Shown: piece by piece, positions 19,769 through 28,751 of the stretch | How positions within the stretch are numbered: the stretch's first letter is position 1 | Layout: the number at the start of each line of letters is the position of its first letter | From: Acidobacteriota bacterium | GTDB taxonomy: Bacteria; Acidobacteriota; UBA890; WLXD01 | DNA length: 64,000 nt | Assembly: GCA_965248695.1 (NCBI GenBank) | Contig: CBDFKD010000002.1 | Span: 4,352,001-4,416,000, forward strand | Direction: 5' to 3' | Notes under the pieces: generated by a model | The model's input: only the letters and a program-made list of their open reading frames with translations | The model's database searches: none | What the model was told of the DNA's origin: nothing | Translations under genes and position numbers: made by a program

Positions 19769-20209
19769 TCAGCTCGCCTCGCGTAGCTGGGAACCGGTGT
19801 ACTTGTCTGTGATCGCGGTCCGGAGGTCGCCATCCGCGGCGGCGACGGGTAGCACGCAAAGCTGCGTGGCCTCTTCGATCTCCGTGATGACCGACTGATC
19901 CAGCGGATCCACCATCGCCAACACCAAGTGCCCTCCGGTTCGTACGAGCCCGAGACAGCAGTGACGTTCGGCCAACTCATGCGGCACGGTTAGCACCACC
20001 TCCGTGCTCACCTTCGCGAGCGCGGCGGCGCTTACCGAGGCCTTCGGCTGCGCTAGTAGTGCCTCGACGATGTCCGCACGCGAGACGACACCCATCTGCA
20101 GGAGAATCTCGCCGACCTGTCGGTCGGTCTCGCGCTGGCGCCTGAGCGCTTCGCGTAGCTGATCGCGTCCGATCAATCGCCGGAACAGCAGTATCTGGCC
20201 GAGCTTCAT
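19769..20209 (-). CDS. Stand-alone MshEN / GspE N-terminal domain protein (putative c-di-GMP receptor)
   Basis: Tandem motifs KLGQILLFRRLIGRDQLREALRRQ and QVGEILLQMGVVSRADIVEALLAQ, then VPHELAERH...LVLAMVDPLD; no ATPase domain. Confidence 0.85.
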   Translation of the reverse strand: MKLGQILLFRRLIGRDQLREALRRQRETDRQVGEILLQMGVVSRADIVEALLAQPKASVSAAALAKVSTEVVLTVPHELAERHCCLGLVRTGGHLVLAMVDPLDQSVITEIEEATQLCVLPVAAADGDLRTAITDKYTGSQLREAS

Positions 20210-20258
20210 TGGCCCATCCGAAGTGAACTGTGAGTGGGTCTACTCGTAATGGGAACAC

Positions 20259-20308
20259 TAAAAGATAGTAAAAAGCAATAAAAATCTGTTAAAGATCATA
20301 AAGGATAA
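20259..20308. promoter_or_regulatory. AT-rich array of five 10-bp-phased A-tracts in the divergent MshEN/lptB intergenic region
   Basis: taaaagatag taaaaagcaa taaaaatctg ttaaagatca taaaggataa. Confidence 0.6.
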
Positions 20309-20506
20309 TGTTGGACCTCATGGCCTCGTATGGCACAATAGAGTCGGTCGAAGCGGTTTCGATCGTCGCCCGGCCACGGCCTAGTGAGGCGGGCCGGGAC
20401 GAGGCCCCTGGAAGGGCGTAAGCGACTTCAAACAAAAGAGAAATCGCCACTACGACGATCTCGGGTTACGTTGACCCGGCCATCGTCACATTGGTACGAT
20501 ATCTGC

Positions 20507-21325
20507 ATGCAGGAACCTTCGAACCCCTCGGACACCGCGAGCGCGGCGCCGCTCAGCCAGTCGGCTTCACCGGTGCGACCAGATCCGGACCAGCCCGTGC
20601 GGACCTTGCAGGTCGAGGGGCTCGTCAAGGCATACAGTGGCCGACGCGTCGTGGACGGGATCAATTTCGGTATCTCTCAGGGTGAGGTCGTCGGGCTCCT
20701 TGGTCCCAACGGCGCCGGCAAGACGACTACGTTCTACATGGTGGTCGGGCTGGTCCGTCCGGACGCAGGGCGCATCCGCGCCGCCGACATCGAGATCACC
20801 CGAGAGCCGATGTACATCCGAGCTCGCCGCCACGGAATCTCCTATCTGCCGCAAGAGCCCTCGGTTTTCAGGCGTCTCACGGTGGAGGAGAACCTCATGG
20901 CGATTCTCGAGGGCTTGCGACTGACCCGTCAGGAGCGTCGCCGCCGTTGCAAGGTATTGCTGACGGATCTCGGGCTTACCCATCTGGCCGATCATCGTGC
21001 CTACACGTTGTCTGGAGGCGAACGGCGACGCGTCGAGATCGCTCGGGCGCTGACGACCAACCCCTCGTTCCTGCTTCTCGACGAGCCGTTCACGGGTATC
21101 GATCCGATCGCCATCAACGATATCCAGCAACTCGTACGTGAGCTGCGTATGCGCGGTATCGGTGTGCTGGTAACTGATCACAATGTGCGCGAGACCCTGC
21201 GCATTACCGATCGCGCATACATCATCACGGACGGCCAGATCTTTCGTTCCGGCGCTCCTGGAGATCTCGAGCGTGACTCACAGGTCCGCAAGATCTATCT
21301 GGGCGAATCCTTCAGCCTCAACTGA
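20507..21325 (+). CDS. lptB: LPS export ABC transporter ATP-binding protein
   Basis: [56 protein letters not shown]. Confidence 0.96.
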   Translation: MQEPSNPSDTASAAPLSQSASPVRPDPDQPVRTLQVEGLVKAYSGRRVVDGINFGISQGEVVGLLGPNGAGKTTTFYMVVGLVRPDAGRIRAADIEITREPMYIRARRHGISYLPQEPSVFRRLTVEENLMAILEGLRLTRQERRRRCKVLLTDLGLTHLADHRAYTLSGGERRRVEIARALTTNPSFLLLDEPFTGIDPIAINDIQQLVRELRMRGIGVLVTDHNVRETLRITDRAYIITDGQIFRSGAPGDLERDSQVRKIYLGESFSLN

Positions 21326-21328
21326 GCC

Positions 21329-22768
21329 ATGGCACTAGAGCAGCGACTTTCCGTACGACTGCAGCAACGGCTGGTAATGACGCCTGCCCTGCAGCTTGCG
21401 ATCAAGCTCCTGCAGCTGAACAAGCTCGAGCTCGAGACCACGTTGCAGCAGGAGATGGTGGAGAACCCGGTCCTCGAGGAGCACGAGGAGCTCGAGGAAC
21501 CGAGTGTCGCGGAGCGCGCGGAAGCTGAAGCTGCGGCGGAGACACCGCTCGAAGAACCGGCAGCGGGCACGGAAGAGCTGGCCGATAGCTTTGACGCCGA
21601 CGAGTTTTTCTCGAAGATGTTCGACTACCAGCCAACCACCGCGAATATGCGCGAGGTGGGTGAAGCGCCGCCGTTCGAGAGCACTTTGACCGCCGTGCCG
21701 TCGCTGGTTGATCACCTGATGTGGCAGTTGGAGATGACCGACCTGGGGCCGGGCCAGATGGCGATCTGCCAGGCGATCTTGGGCAATCTGGACGAGAGCG
21801 GGTACTTACGCGCCAGCAGCACAGAAATCGCCGCGATGGGGCCATGGCCGGTGCTCGAGGTCGAGCGCGTGTTGGCCAGCGTGCAGGCGTTGGATCCGCT
21901 CGGCGTGGCAGCTCGCGATGTGCGCGAGTGCTTGTTCCTGCAGCTCGAGCGCCTAGGCGTGGAGAGCCAGTTGCCAGGCGTCATCGTGCGCGATCACATG
22001 GACGCGCTAACGGCACATCGCTTCAAGGATATCGCCCGAGCCACACGCACGCGGTTAGAGGAGATCGCCGAGGCGGTCGAGATCATCCGTGCACTCAATC
22101 CCAAGCCGGGGCAGGCGTTCACGGCAGAAGCGCCGCGCTATATCGTGCCGGACGTATACGTCCGCAAGGACGGCGACGAGTACATCGCCACCGTCAATGA
22201 CGACGGACTGCCGAAGCTGCGTGTGTCGCGCCTCTACCGCGACATGTTGCGCTCGGACAACGGTCTCTCCAAACAGGCTAGCGAGTATCTACAGGAAAAA
22301 ATGCGCTCAGCGCTGTGGCTCATCAAGTCCTATGGGCAGCGCCAGCGCACCATCGGCAAGGTAGCGGCGAGTATCCTCGTTCAGCAGCGCGACTTCTTCG
22401 ACCATGGACTGGCGGCTTTACGCCCGATGGTGTTGCGGGACGTTGCTGAGGACATCGGTATGCACGAGTCGACCGTGTCACGCGTGGTCAACGGCAAGTA
22501 CATGCACACGCCGCAGGGCGTGTTCGAGATGAGGTTCTTCTTCCATAGCGGCCTCGGGCACGCTAGTGGTTCCGACGTCTCGTCGGTCAGCGTGAAGGAC
22601 AAGATCCGCAGGCTCATCGACGCCGAGGAAGCTCGGAAGCCACTGTCTGACGCGGCTATCGCCAATCGGCTCAAGGAGGGAGGGCTGGTGATCGCGCGGC
22701 GGACGGTGGCGAAGTACCGTGAGGAAATGGCCATCCCTGCCTCGAGGGCCCGGCGCGCGATAGGCTAG
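21329..22768 (+). CDS. rpoN: RNA polymerase sigma-54 factor
   Basis: MTPALQLAIKLLQL, HESTVSRV, RpoN box ARRTVAKYRE. Confidence 0.98.
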   Translation: MALEQRLSVRLQQRLVMTPALQLAIKLLQLNKLELETTLQQEMVENPVLEEHEELEEPSVAERAEAEAAAETPLEEPAAGTEELADSFDADEFFSKMFDYQPTTANMREVGEAPPFESTLTAVPSLVDHLMWQLEMTDLGPGQMAICQAILGNLDESGYLRASSTEIAAMGPWPVLEVERVLASVQALDPLGVAARDVRECLFLQLERLGVESQLPGVIVRDHMDALTAHRFKDIARATRTRLEEIAEAVEIIRALNPKPGQAFTAEAPRYIVPDVYVRKDGDEYIATVNDDGLPKLRVSRLYRDMLRSDNGLSKQASEYLQEKMRSALWLIKSYGQRQRTIGKVAASILVQQRDFFDHGLAALRPMVLRDVAEDIGMHESTVSRVVNGKYMHTPQGVFEMRFFFHSGLGHASGSDVSSVSVKDKIRRLIDAEEARKPLSDAAIANRLKEGGLVIARRTVAKYREEMAIPASRARRAIG

Positions 22769-22824
22769 TGGTTTCAACGGGTATCGGATGCAGCATCCTT
22801 TCAGCTGAGGAGGAAGCCGAGTCC

Positions 22825-23169
22825 ATGGACATCGACTGGACGATCCGGGGCACTTCGGTAGGGCATTCCCTACGCGACAAGGTCGAGCAACACCTGCGTA
22901 AGCTGGGGCGTTTCTTGCAAGGCGACGAGGCGGCCCGTGTCGTCGTAACGCAGGAGGGTGATGGTCCGCTGTTGCACCACACGGTGGAGATCATCGTGCG
23001 CCATCGACGCGGCACGTTCACCGCCAAGAAGGAATCACCGGATCTGACCGGTGCCGTTCGCGATGTGCTGCGCCGGCTCGAGATTCAGGCGCACAAGGCG
23101 CACGACAAGTTGGTCGAGCGCCGGCGTCACGGTGCTGGCGTCTTCTCCGAGCCGATGGAAGCTCCTTGA
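22825..23169 (+). CDS. hpf: Ribosome hibernation promoting factor (short HPF/RaiA)
   Basis: MDIDWTIRG...LRDKVEQHLRKLGRF...; directly after rpoN. Confidence 0.8.
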   Translation: MDIDWTIRGTSVGHSLRDKVEQHLRKLGRFLQGDEAARVVVTQEGDGPLLHHTVEIIVRHRRGTFTAKKESPDLTGAVRDVLRRLEIQAHKAHDKLVERRRHGAGVFSEPMEAP

Positions 23170-23190
23170 GGGCTATCGGGACGTAAACGC

Positions 23191-24192
23191 GTGAGCTCAG
23201 AGGCGTCGGACGCAACTGTCGGGGTACCGGTTCTCGAGCTGCTCGATTCGGGCAACGAGTACCTTCAAGTCGAGCTTGTCGCCGGGGCGTCCGGCATCGA
23301 GAAACGGATCACCCACCAGCGGATTCAGAAACCGGGCCTGGCGATGGCCGGCGATGTGGGGTTTATCCACCCGGGACGCGTGCAGGTCTTCGGCGAATCC
23401 GAGATCACCTACCTGAAGGATCTCGACCCGGACCAGCGGCGGGCACTGCTGGAACCGATCACTGCTTGCCCACTGTCTTGCGTCGCGATCACCAAGAGTC
23501 TGGAAGTGCCATCGGAGCTGCGCGACCTATGCGAGGCGCATTCCATTCCGCTATTGCGCAGCTCCCTGCTGTCTTCGGCGTTCATCGATCGGCTCAACCA
23601 CTTTCTGGACGCGCACTTCGCTCCGCGCACGACCGTGCACGGGGTGATGGTCGACATCCTCGGCGTCGGCGTGCTGATTACCGGACCGTCGGGGATCGGC
23701 AAGAGTGAGTGCGCACTCGATCTGGTCATGCGTGGGCATCGGCTGGTCTCCGACGACATCGTGGAGATCCGCTGCCGCCAGGGCGAGATCTTGGTTGCGC
23801 GCGGGCCCGAGTTGGTGCGGCATCACATGGAGGTGCGCGGGCTAGGGATCATAAACATCGCGCATCTGTTCGGCGTTGCATCAACACGTCAACGCAAGCG
23901 CGTCGAGTTGGTCATCGACCTGCAGCAGGGTGACGTCACCAACGATTGCGAGCGACTGGGACTCGATGTCGAGACCACCGATCTGCTGGGTGTAGACATT
24001 CCGCTGATTCGCTTGCCGGTGGTGCCCGGTCGCATTGTCGCGAACCTTGCCGAGGTGGCGACCCGTAACCTGCTGTTGCGCCTGAAGGGATTCAATCCGG
24101 CCGCCGATCTCGACTCGAGACTACGCCAGGCAATGGAACATCCGCAGTATGCGCTGGGAGCGTACGGTCTCGATGAGGGGGATCTGGAGTGA
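23191..24192 (+). CDS. hprK: HPr(Ser) kinase/phosphorylase
   Basis: IQKPGLA, HGVMVDILGVGVLITGPSGIGKSE, LVSDD, HHMEVRGLGII. Confidence 0.97.
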   Translation: MSSEASDATVGVPVLELLDSGNEYLQVELVAGASGIEKRITHQRIQKPGLAMAGDVGFIHPGRVQVFGESEITYLKDLDPDQRRALLEPITACPLSCVAITKSLEVPSELRDLCEAHSIPLLRSSLLSSAFIDRLNHFLDAHFAPRTTVHGVMVDILGVGVLITGPSGIGKSECALDLVMRGHRLVSDDIVEIRCRQGEILVARGPELVRHHMEVRGLGIINIAHLFGVASTRQRKRVELVIDLQQGDVTNDCERLGLDVETTDLLGVDIPLIRLPVVPGRIVANLAEVATRNLLLRLKGFNPAADLDSRLRQAMEHPQYALGAYGLDEGDLE

Positions 24193-25072
24193 GCAGCAGC
24201 CGAATCCTCATCGTCTCCGGCATGTCAGGTGCCGGCAAAACGAGTGCGCTACGGGCCTTCGAAGACATCGGCTACTACTGCGTCGACAACTTGCCTCCAC
24301 CGCTGATGCAAACCTGCGTCGACCTTTGCCACCGGGCCACACCAAGCTTGGCGCGGCTAGCGTTGGCTATCGACGCTCGCACTGGCGAGTTCCTGGATCA
24401 GTTCGGTCCGGCTTGGGCGGATCTGAAGGGGCGGGCGGCAGGATCGCTGCTGCTGTTCTTCGATGCTCCCGACAGCACGCTGGTGCATCGCTTCTCGGAA
24501 ACTCGCAGACCACATCCGCTTGCCCCCAGGGGGTCGGTGGAGGAAGGGATTCAGGCCGAACGCCAGGTTCTCCTGCCGCTCCGGGACCTGGCCGACACGG
24601 TGATCGACACGGGCGAGTTCAACGTTCGATCGTTGCGCCAGTTCCTCCTCAAGCGCTTCGCCGATGGCGACGCCGCGGCGCTCAACATTGCCGTTACCAG
24701 CTTCGCCTACCGCAACGGTGTGTTGCCGAACGCTGATCTCGTGTTCGACGTACGCTTCCTGCCGAACCCCACTACGAACCGGCCTTGCGCTCGCTCACGG
24801 GTCTGGACGCCCCGGTCCGTCGGTTCGTGGAGTCCAGTGCCAACACCGAGGAGTTTCTCGGCCACTTGGAACGACTGTTGACCTTTCTGCTGCCGCGGTA
24901 CGGCGACGAGGGGAAGGCATACCTGACGCTCGCTTTCGGATGTACGGGCGGACGGCATCGCTCGGTAGCGATTGCCAGCATGGTTGCCGCCAGCCTGCGG
25001 GATCGCGGCCATCCGACCACGCTCACGCATGCCGACCTGGGCGCGGTGCCCGCGCGTAGGGCGGCCCGATGA
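24189..25072 (+). pseudogene. rapZ: RNase adapter RapZ/YvcJ, split by a 1-bp deletion at about 24767-24770
   Basis: SGMSGAGKT, VDNLP and FDVRFLPNP in one frame; (HY)EPALRSLTGLD...GCTGGRHRSV in another frame. Confidence 0.85.
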
Positions 25073-25521
25073 TGCCCGAGGGTGGCGAGCACGAGCAGAC
25101 AGCGGTCTCCATCGGGGCGGTTGTGGTCACGCACGGCGGGCTGGCGACCGAGTTGCTCGCAGCGACCGAGCGCATCGTCGGCCCGACAACGTTCATACGC
25201 GCGGTCTCGATCGACTGGGACGACGAGGTTGCTGATGCACGGCGCCGGATCGAGAAGGCGATCGGCGAGGTGGCTGCGCCGGGCGGCGTGCTGATCTTCA
25301 CGGACATGTTCGGCGGCACCCCGACGAACGTCAGTCTGTCGTTCCTCGAGGCAGGCAGCGTGGAGATCCTCACGGGCGTCAACCTGCCGATGCTCGTCAA
25401 GCTGGCCAACCTGCGGGCGCAGGACGCTCCTCTTGCGGAGATCGCCCGGCGGGCACGCGATCGTGGGCAGGATAGCGTCTATGTGGCGAGCGAGATTCTC
25501 TCCGTCCAGAACAAGCTGTAG
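25069..25521 (+). CDS. PTS mannose/fructose-type EIIA component
   Basis: VVVTHGGLA, FTDMFGGTPTN, GVNLPML. Confidence 0.93.
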   Translation: MMPEGGEHEQTAVSIGAVVVTHGGLATELLAATERIVGPTTFIRAVSIDWDDEVADARRRIEKAIGEVAAPGGVLIFTDMFGGTPTNVSLSFLEAGSVEILTGVNLPMLVKLANLRAQDAPLAEIARRARDRGQDSVYVASEILSVQNKL

Positions 25522-25535
25522 CGCGGCGTGAACCG

Positions 25536-25802
25536 ATGATTCAGAAGGAACTAGAGATTCTCAACAAGCTCGGCCTTCACGCGCGTGCGGCCGCCAAGTT
25601 CGTCAAGTGCGCCAGTCCCTTCGAGTGCGAAATTCAGGTTGGCAAGGACGCCATGACCGTCAACGGCAAGAGCATCATCGGCGTGCTGTTGCTGGCGGCG
25701 CCCAAGGGCAGCCGGATCCTGGTGATCGCAGACGGCCCGGACGAGCAGGAGGCGGTGGGCGCACTGACCGATCTGGTGAACGGCCTCTTCGGCGAGGATT
25801 AG
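25536..25802 (+). CDS. ptsH: Phosphocarrier protein HPr
   Basis: NKLGLHARAAAKFV (His15) and NGKSIIGVL (Ser46). Confidence 0.96.
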   Translation: MIQKELEILNKLGLHARAAAKFVKCASPFECEIQVGKDAMTVNGKSIIGVLLLAAPKGSRILVIADGPDEQEAVGALTDLVNGLFGED

Positions 25803-26227
25803 TGACCGTCTCGGGCCCGGAGCCTGTCGTTCGCGAGGCGATCGGTGTCTCCAGCGGCGTCGCTATCGGAACAGCGTTCGTTATCGAGCCACGCGTCAGC
25901 CATCTCTATGAGCCGCTGCATCCGGCGGTCTTGCGATTGCTCGAGCAGATCGTCGTCAGGGCCCAAGAGCACGGCGTCCCCGTGAGCTTGTGCGGCGAGG
26001 CAGCTTCCGACCCTCTCACCGCGATGGTGTTTCTCGGATACGGCATCGACGAGCTCAGCATGACGCCGAGCTCGGTGCCGGTTATCAAGAGCCTCATTCG
26101 GAGCCTGCCGGCCAGCGATGCACGGCAGATCTTGGCGCACGCCATGGAGCTACGCACGGCGCAGGAAGTCGAGGAGTTTGCGCTCGAGCAGCTCATGGCG
26201 CACTTGCCGGAGGGCTATGAGGGGTGA
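25802..26227 (+). pseudogene. ptsI: Internally deleted PTS enzyme I remnant (141 codons, in frame)
   Basis: EI N-terminus IGVSSGVAIGTAFVIEP fused directly to EI C-terminus RVSHLYEPLHPAVLRL...VSLCGE...GIDELSM. Confidence 0.88.
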
Positions 26228-26279
26228 TTGTTGCCTCGATCTGGCCACCCGGGCGCCAGACCACAGGAGCCTCGAAACC

Positions 26280-26921
26280 ATGCCTGCACGAGTGATCCAC
26301 GATATCTCGGTACCTCTGGAACCGGGTGTGCCCGTGTGGCCCGGCGATCCCGGATTCGAGCTGCGCCCCGAGTTGCGCATCTCTGACGGCGACGAGTGCA
26401 ACCTAACGAGCATTCGCCTGAGCGCGCACACGGCGACGCACGTAGACGCACCGTGGCACTTCGTCGAGGCCGGAGGCACGGTCGAGGCCCTGGATCTCGC
26501 CACGCTCATCGGACCGGCGGTGGTGGCGGACCTGGGTAAGGCGAGCGTGGTGACGCGCGGGGTGCTCGACGAAGCCAGCGTGCCTGCGCGAACGGAACGT
26601 CTGTTGCTGCGGACGACGAACTCGGCCGTCTGGCGAGACGCTCCGGCCGAGTTCATGCGCGACTACGTGGCACTCGACGCCGACGCTGCTCATTGGGTTG
26701 TCGATCGCGGAATACGCCTGATCGGTGTCGACTACCTCTCGGTGCAGCGGTTCGAAGATCCGCCGGACACGCACGAGATCCTGCTTCGATCCAACGTGGT
26801 GGTAGTCGAGGGGCTGGATCTCTCGAGGATTACGGCTGGCCGCTACCAACTGGCATGTCTGCCGTTGAAGATCGCCGGCTGCGACGGCGCACCGGCGCGC
26901 GCCGTGCTGATCGAGGAGTAG
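26280..26921 (+). CDS. Cyclase family protein (kynurenine formamidase-like)
   Basis: PVWPGDP, SAHTATHVDAPWHF, IGVDYLSV, DGAPARAVL. Confidence 0.9.
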   Translation: MPARVIHDISVPLEPGVPVWPGDPGFELRPELRISDGDECNLTSIRLSAHTATHVDAPWHFVEAGGTVEALDLATLIGPAVVADLGKASVVTRGVLDEASVPARTERLLLRTTNSAVWRDAPAEFMRDYVALDADAAHWVVDRGIRLIGVDYLSVQRFEDPPDTHEILLRSNVVVVEGLDLSRITAGRYQLACLPLKIAGCDGAPARAVLIEE

Positions 26922-27168
26922 CCGCCCGCCGGCCCGGGCGGCACGCTCATCGACAAAAGACGGACGCGTGCGTGGCCGACCCCACTACGGGGGTCGCCTG
27001 TTGCGAGCCTGACGGCGTGCCCACGCCGGTCATCGGATTAGCGAGTTCCGGTCGGAGATGGCACACTTTCTACACGGTCCTCGCGAGTACGATGAGCACC
27101 GCGCGCGGCCGCGAGTCGCCGCACGCGCGCGCTTGCCCCACTTGGTCCACCACGGCGAGACGAGAGGA

Positions 27169-27522
27169 ATGCGCAAAGTCGACAAGCCCTGGGGTCACGA
27201 GATCATCTGGGCCGAGACCGACAGCTACGTCGGCAAGATCCTGCACATCGATGAGGGTGAGCAGCTGAGCCTCCAGTACCACGAGCTCAAGGAAGAGACG
27301 CTCTTCTGTCAGACTGGGCGACTCGAGCTCGAGGTCGGCGACGGCGACGACACGAATCTTCGGATGATCATTCTGGAGCCCGGACAAGCGCAGCATATTC
27401 CGCCGGGCACCGTGCACCGCATGCGCGCGTTGACGACCTGCGATGTCTTCGAGGTCTCGACGCCGCATCTCGAGGACGTGGTACGACTCGAAGACCGCTA
27501 CGGTCGCGTGACCGGCGAGTAG
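27169..27522 (+). CDS. Cupin domain protein (mannose-6-phosphate isomerase-like)
   Basis: VDKPWGHE, LSLQYHELKEET, HIPPGTVHRM, DVVRLEDRYGR; SD GAGG. Confidence 0.88.
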   Translation: MRKVDKPWGHEIIWAETDSYVGKILHIDEGEQLSLQYHELKEETLFCQTGRLELEVGDGDDTNLRMIILEPGQAQHIPPGTVHRMRALTTCDVFEVSTPHLEDVVRLEDRYGRVTGE

Positions 27523-27606
27523 CGCGGGAGCCCGCCACCAACCTGCACAGGAACACCGATTGTCCGTCACCGGCGGGTCATCGATCGGACACAGGGAGAT
27601 GCGCAC

Positions 27607-28671
27607 ATGACAGAGCGCTGGAGTCGACGTGACCTCGTGAAGGCCGGCGTAGCGGCCGGTGTAGGCGTCGTCGGCGCCCCCGCATCGGCGCCGGCCGTCG
27701 TTCGCAGTCAATCCCGCCCGGTGGCGGTGGCGTCGAGCAACGGACTCGGGGCCTGCGCCAAGGCCGTGCAACTGGTCGGGTCGGGGGCCGACACCCTCGA
27801 CGCGGTCATCGCTGGCGTCAACCTCGTGGAGCTCGACCCGGAAGACACCAGCGTCGGCTACGGCGGCCTTCCCAACGAGGACGGGGTGGTGCAGCTCGAC
27901 GCTTCGGTCATGCACGGGCCCTCAAGGCGCGGTGGCGCCGTAGGCGCTCTCGAGGGCGTCAAGACACCCTCCAACGTGGCGCAGTTGGTGGCCTTCAGGA
28001 CGGACCACGTTCTCCTGGTCGGCGAGGGAGCGGCGCGTTTCGCGCAGGCCCACGGCTTCGGTCCCGAAGAGCTCCTCACCGAGCGCGCGCGGAAGATCTG
28101 GCTGCGCTGGAAGGAGAACCTCTCAGATGACGACGACTGGCTGGGCCCTCGAGGGGAGTCCGGCGTGGCGGCGGCAGGGTTCGCGCCTTTCGTACGTGAC
28201 TGGGGCACCATCAACTGCAACGTCGTCGACGCCGACGGCAACATCTCGGGGGTCACGACGACCAGCGGCCTGTCGTTCAAGATCCCTGGTCGCGTCGGAG
28301 ACTCGCCGATTCTCGGTGCGGGGCTCTACGTCGACAACGATATCGGTGCCTGCGGCTCGACCGGGCGGGGCGAGGCGAACTTGCTCGAATGTAGCTCGTT
28401 TCTCGTCGTCGAGCTCATGCGAGGCGGGGCACATCCGAAGGACGCCGCGATTCAGGCGCTGCGACGCATCGCCGGCAAGACCGCGCCGCGGCTGCTGGAT
28501 GACCACGGTCGTCCGAGTTTCAACTTGCGATTCTACTGCCTCAATAAACTCGGGGCGTATGCCGGCGCGTCGATGTACGGTCAGATCGGCGACGCCACGG
28601 CGCGGTTCGCCGTGAACGATGGCGGCGAGAGTCGCCACCAGGACTGCGTCGCTCTCTTCGACGTCCTCTAG
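27607..28671 (+). CDS. Tat-exported glycosylasparaginase / isoaspartyl peptidase (Ntn hydrolase)
   Basis: Tat motif SRRDLVK; SVGYGGLPN, GTIN (Thr nucleophile), TTTSGL, GRVGDSPILGAG. Confidence 0.92.
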   Translation: MTERWSRRDLVKAGVAAGVGVVGAPASAPAVVRSQSRPVAVASSNGLGACAKAVQLVGSGADTLDAVIAGVNLVELDPEDTSVGYGGLPNEDGVVQLDASVMHGPSRRGGAVGALEGVKTPSNVAQLVAFRTDHVLLVGEGAARFAQAHGFGPEELLTERARKIWLRWKENLSDDDDWLGPRGESGVAAAGFAPFVRDWGTINCNVVDADGNISGVTTTSGLSFKIPGRVGDSPILGAGLYVDNDIGACGSTGRGEANLLECSSFLVVELMRGGAHPKDAAIQALRRIAGKTAPRLLDDHGRPSFNLRFYCLNKLGAYAGASMYGQIGDATARFAVNDGGESRHQDCVALFDVL

Positions 28672-28751
28672 TCGGGACACGATCGGAGCGCGTCTCCGGT
28701 GCGCTTTCGACGAGCAGGGTGCACAATAGGGACGTGAGAACTTGTCTCGGA

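Noticed and set aside
20374-20384. ccacggcctag resembling the right end of element 1 (ccacggcctgctag), which could make the c-di-GMP cassette a composite element
   Set aside because: Only a 9-bp GC-rich match, compatible with chance.
20331-27075. TGGCAC hexamers at 20331 and 27059 as sigma-54 promoters
   Set aside because: Neither has the -12 TTGC element at the required spacing.
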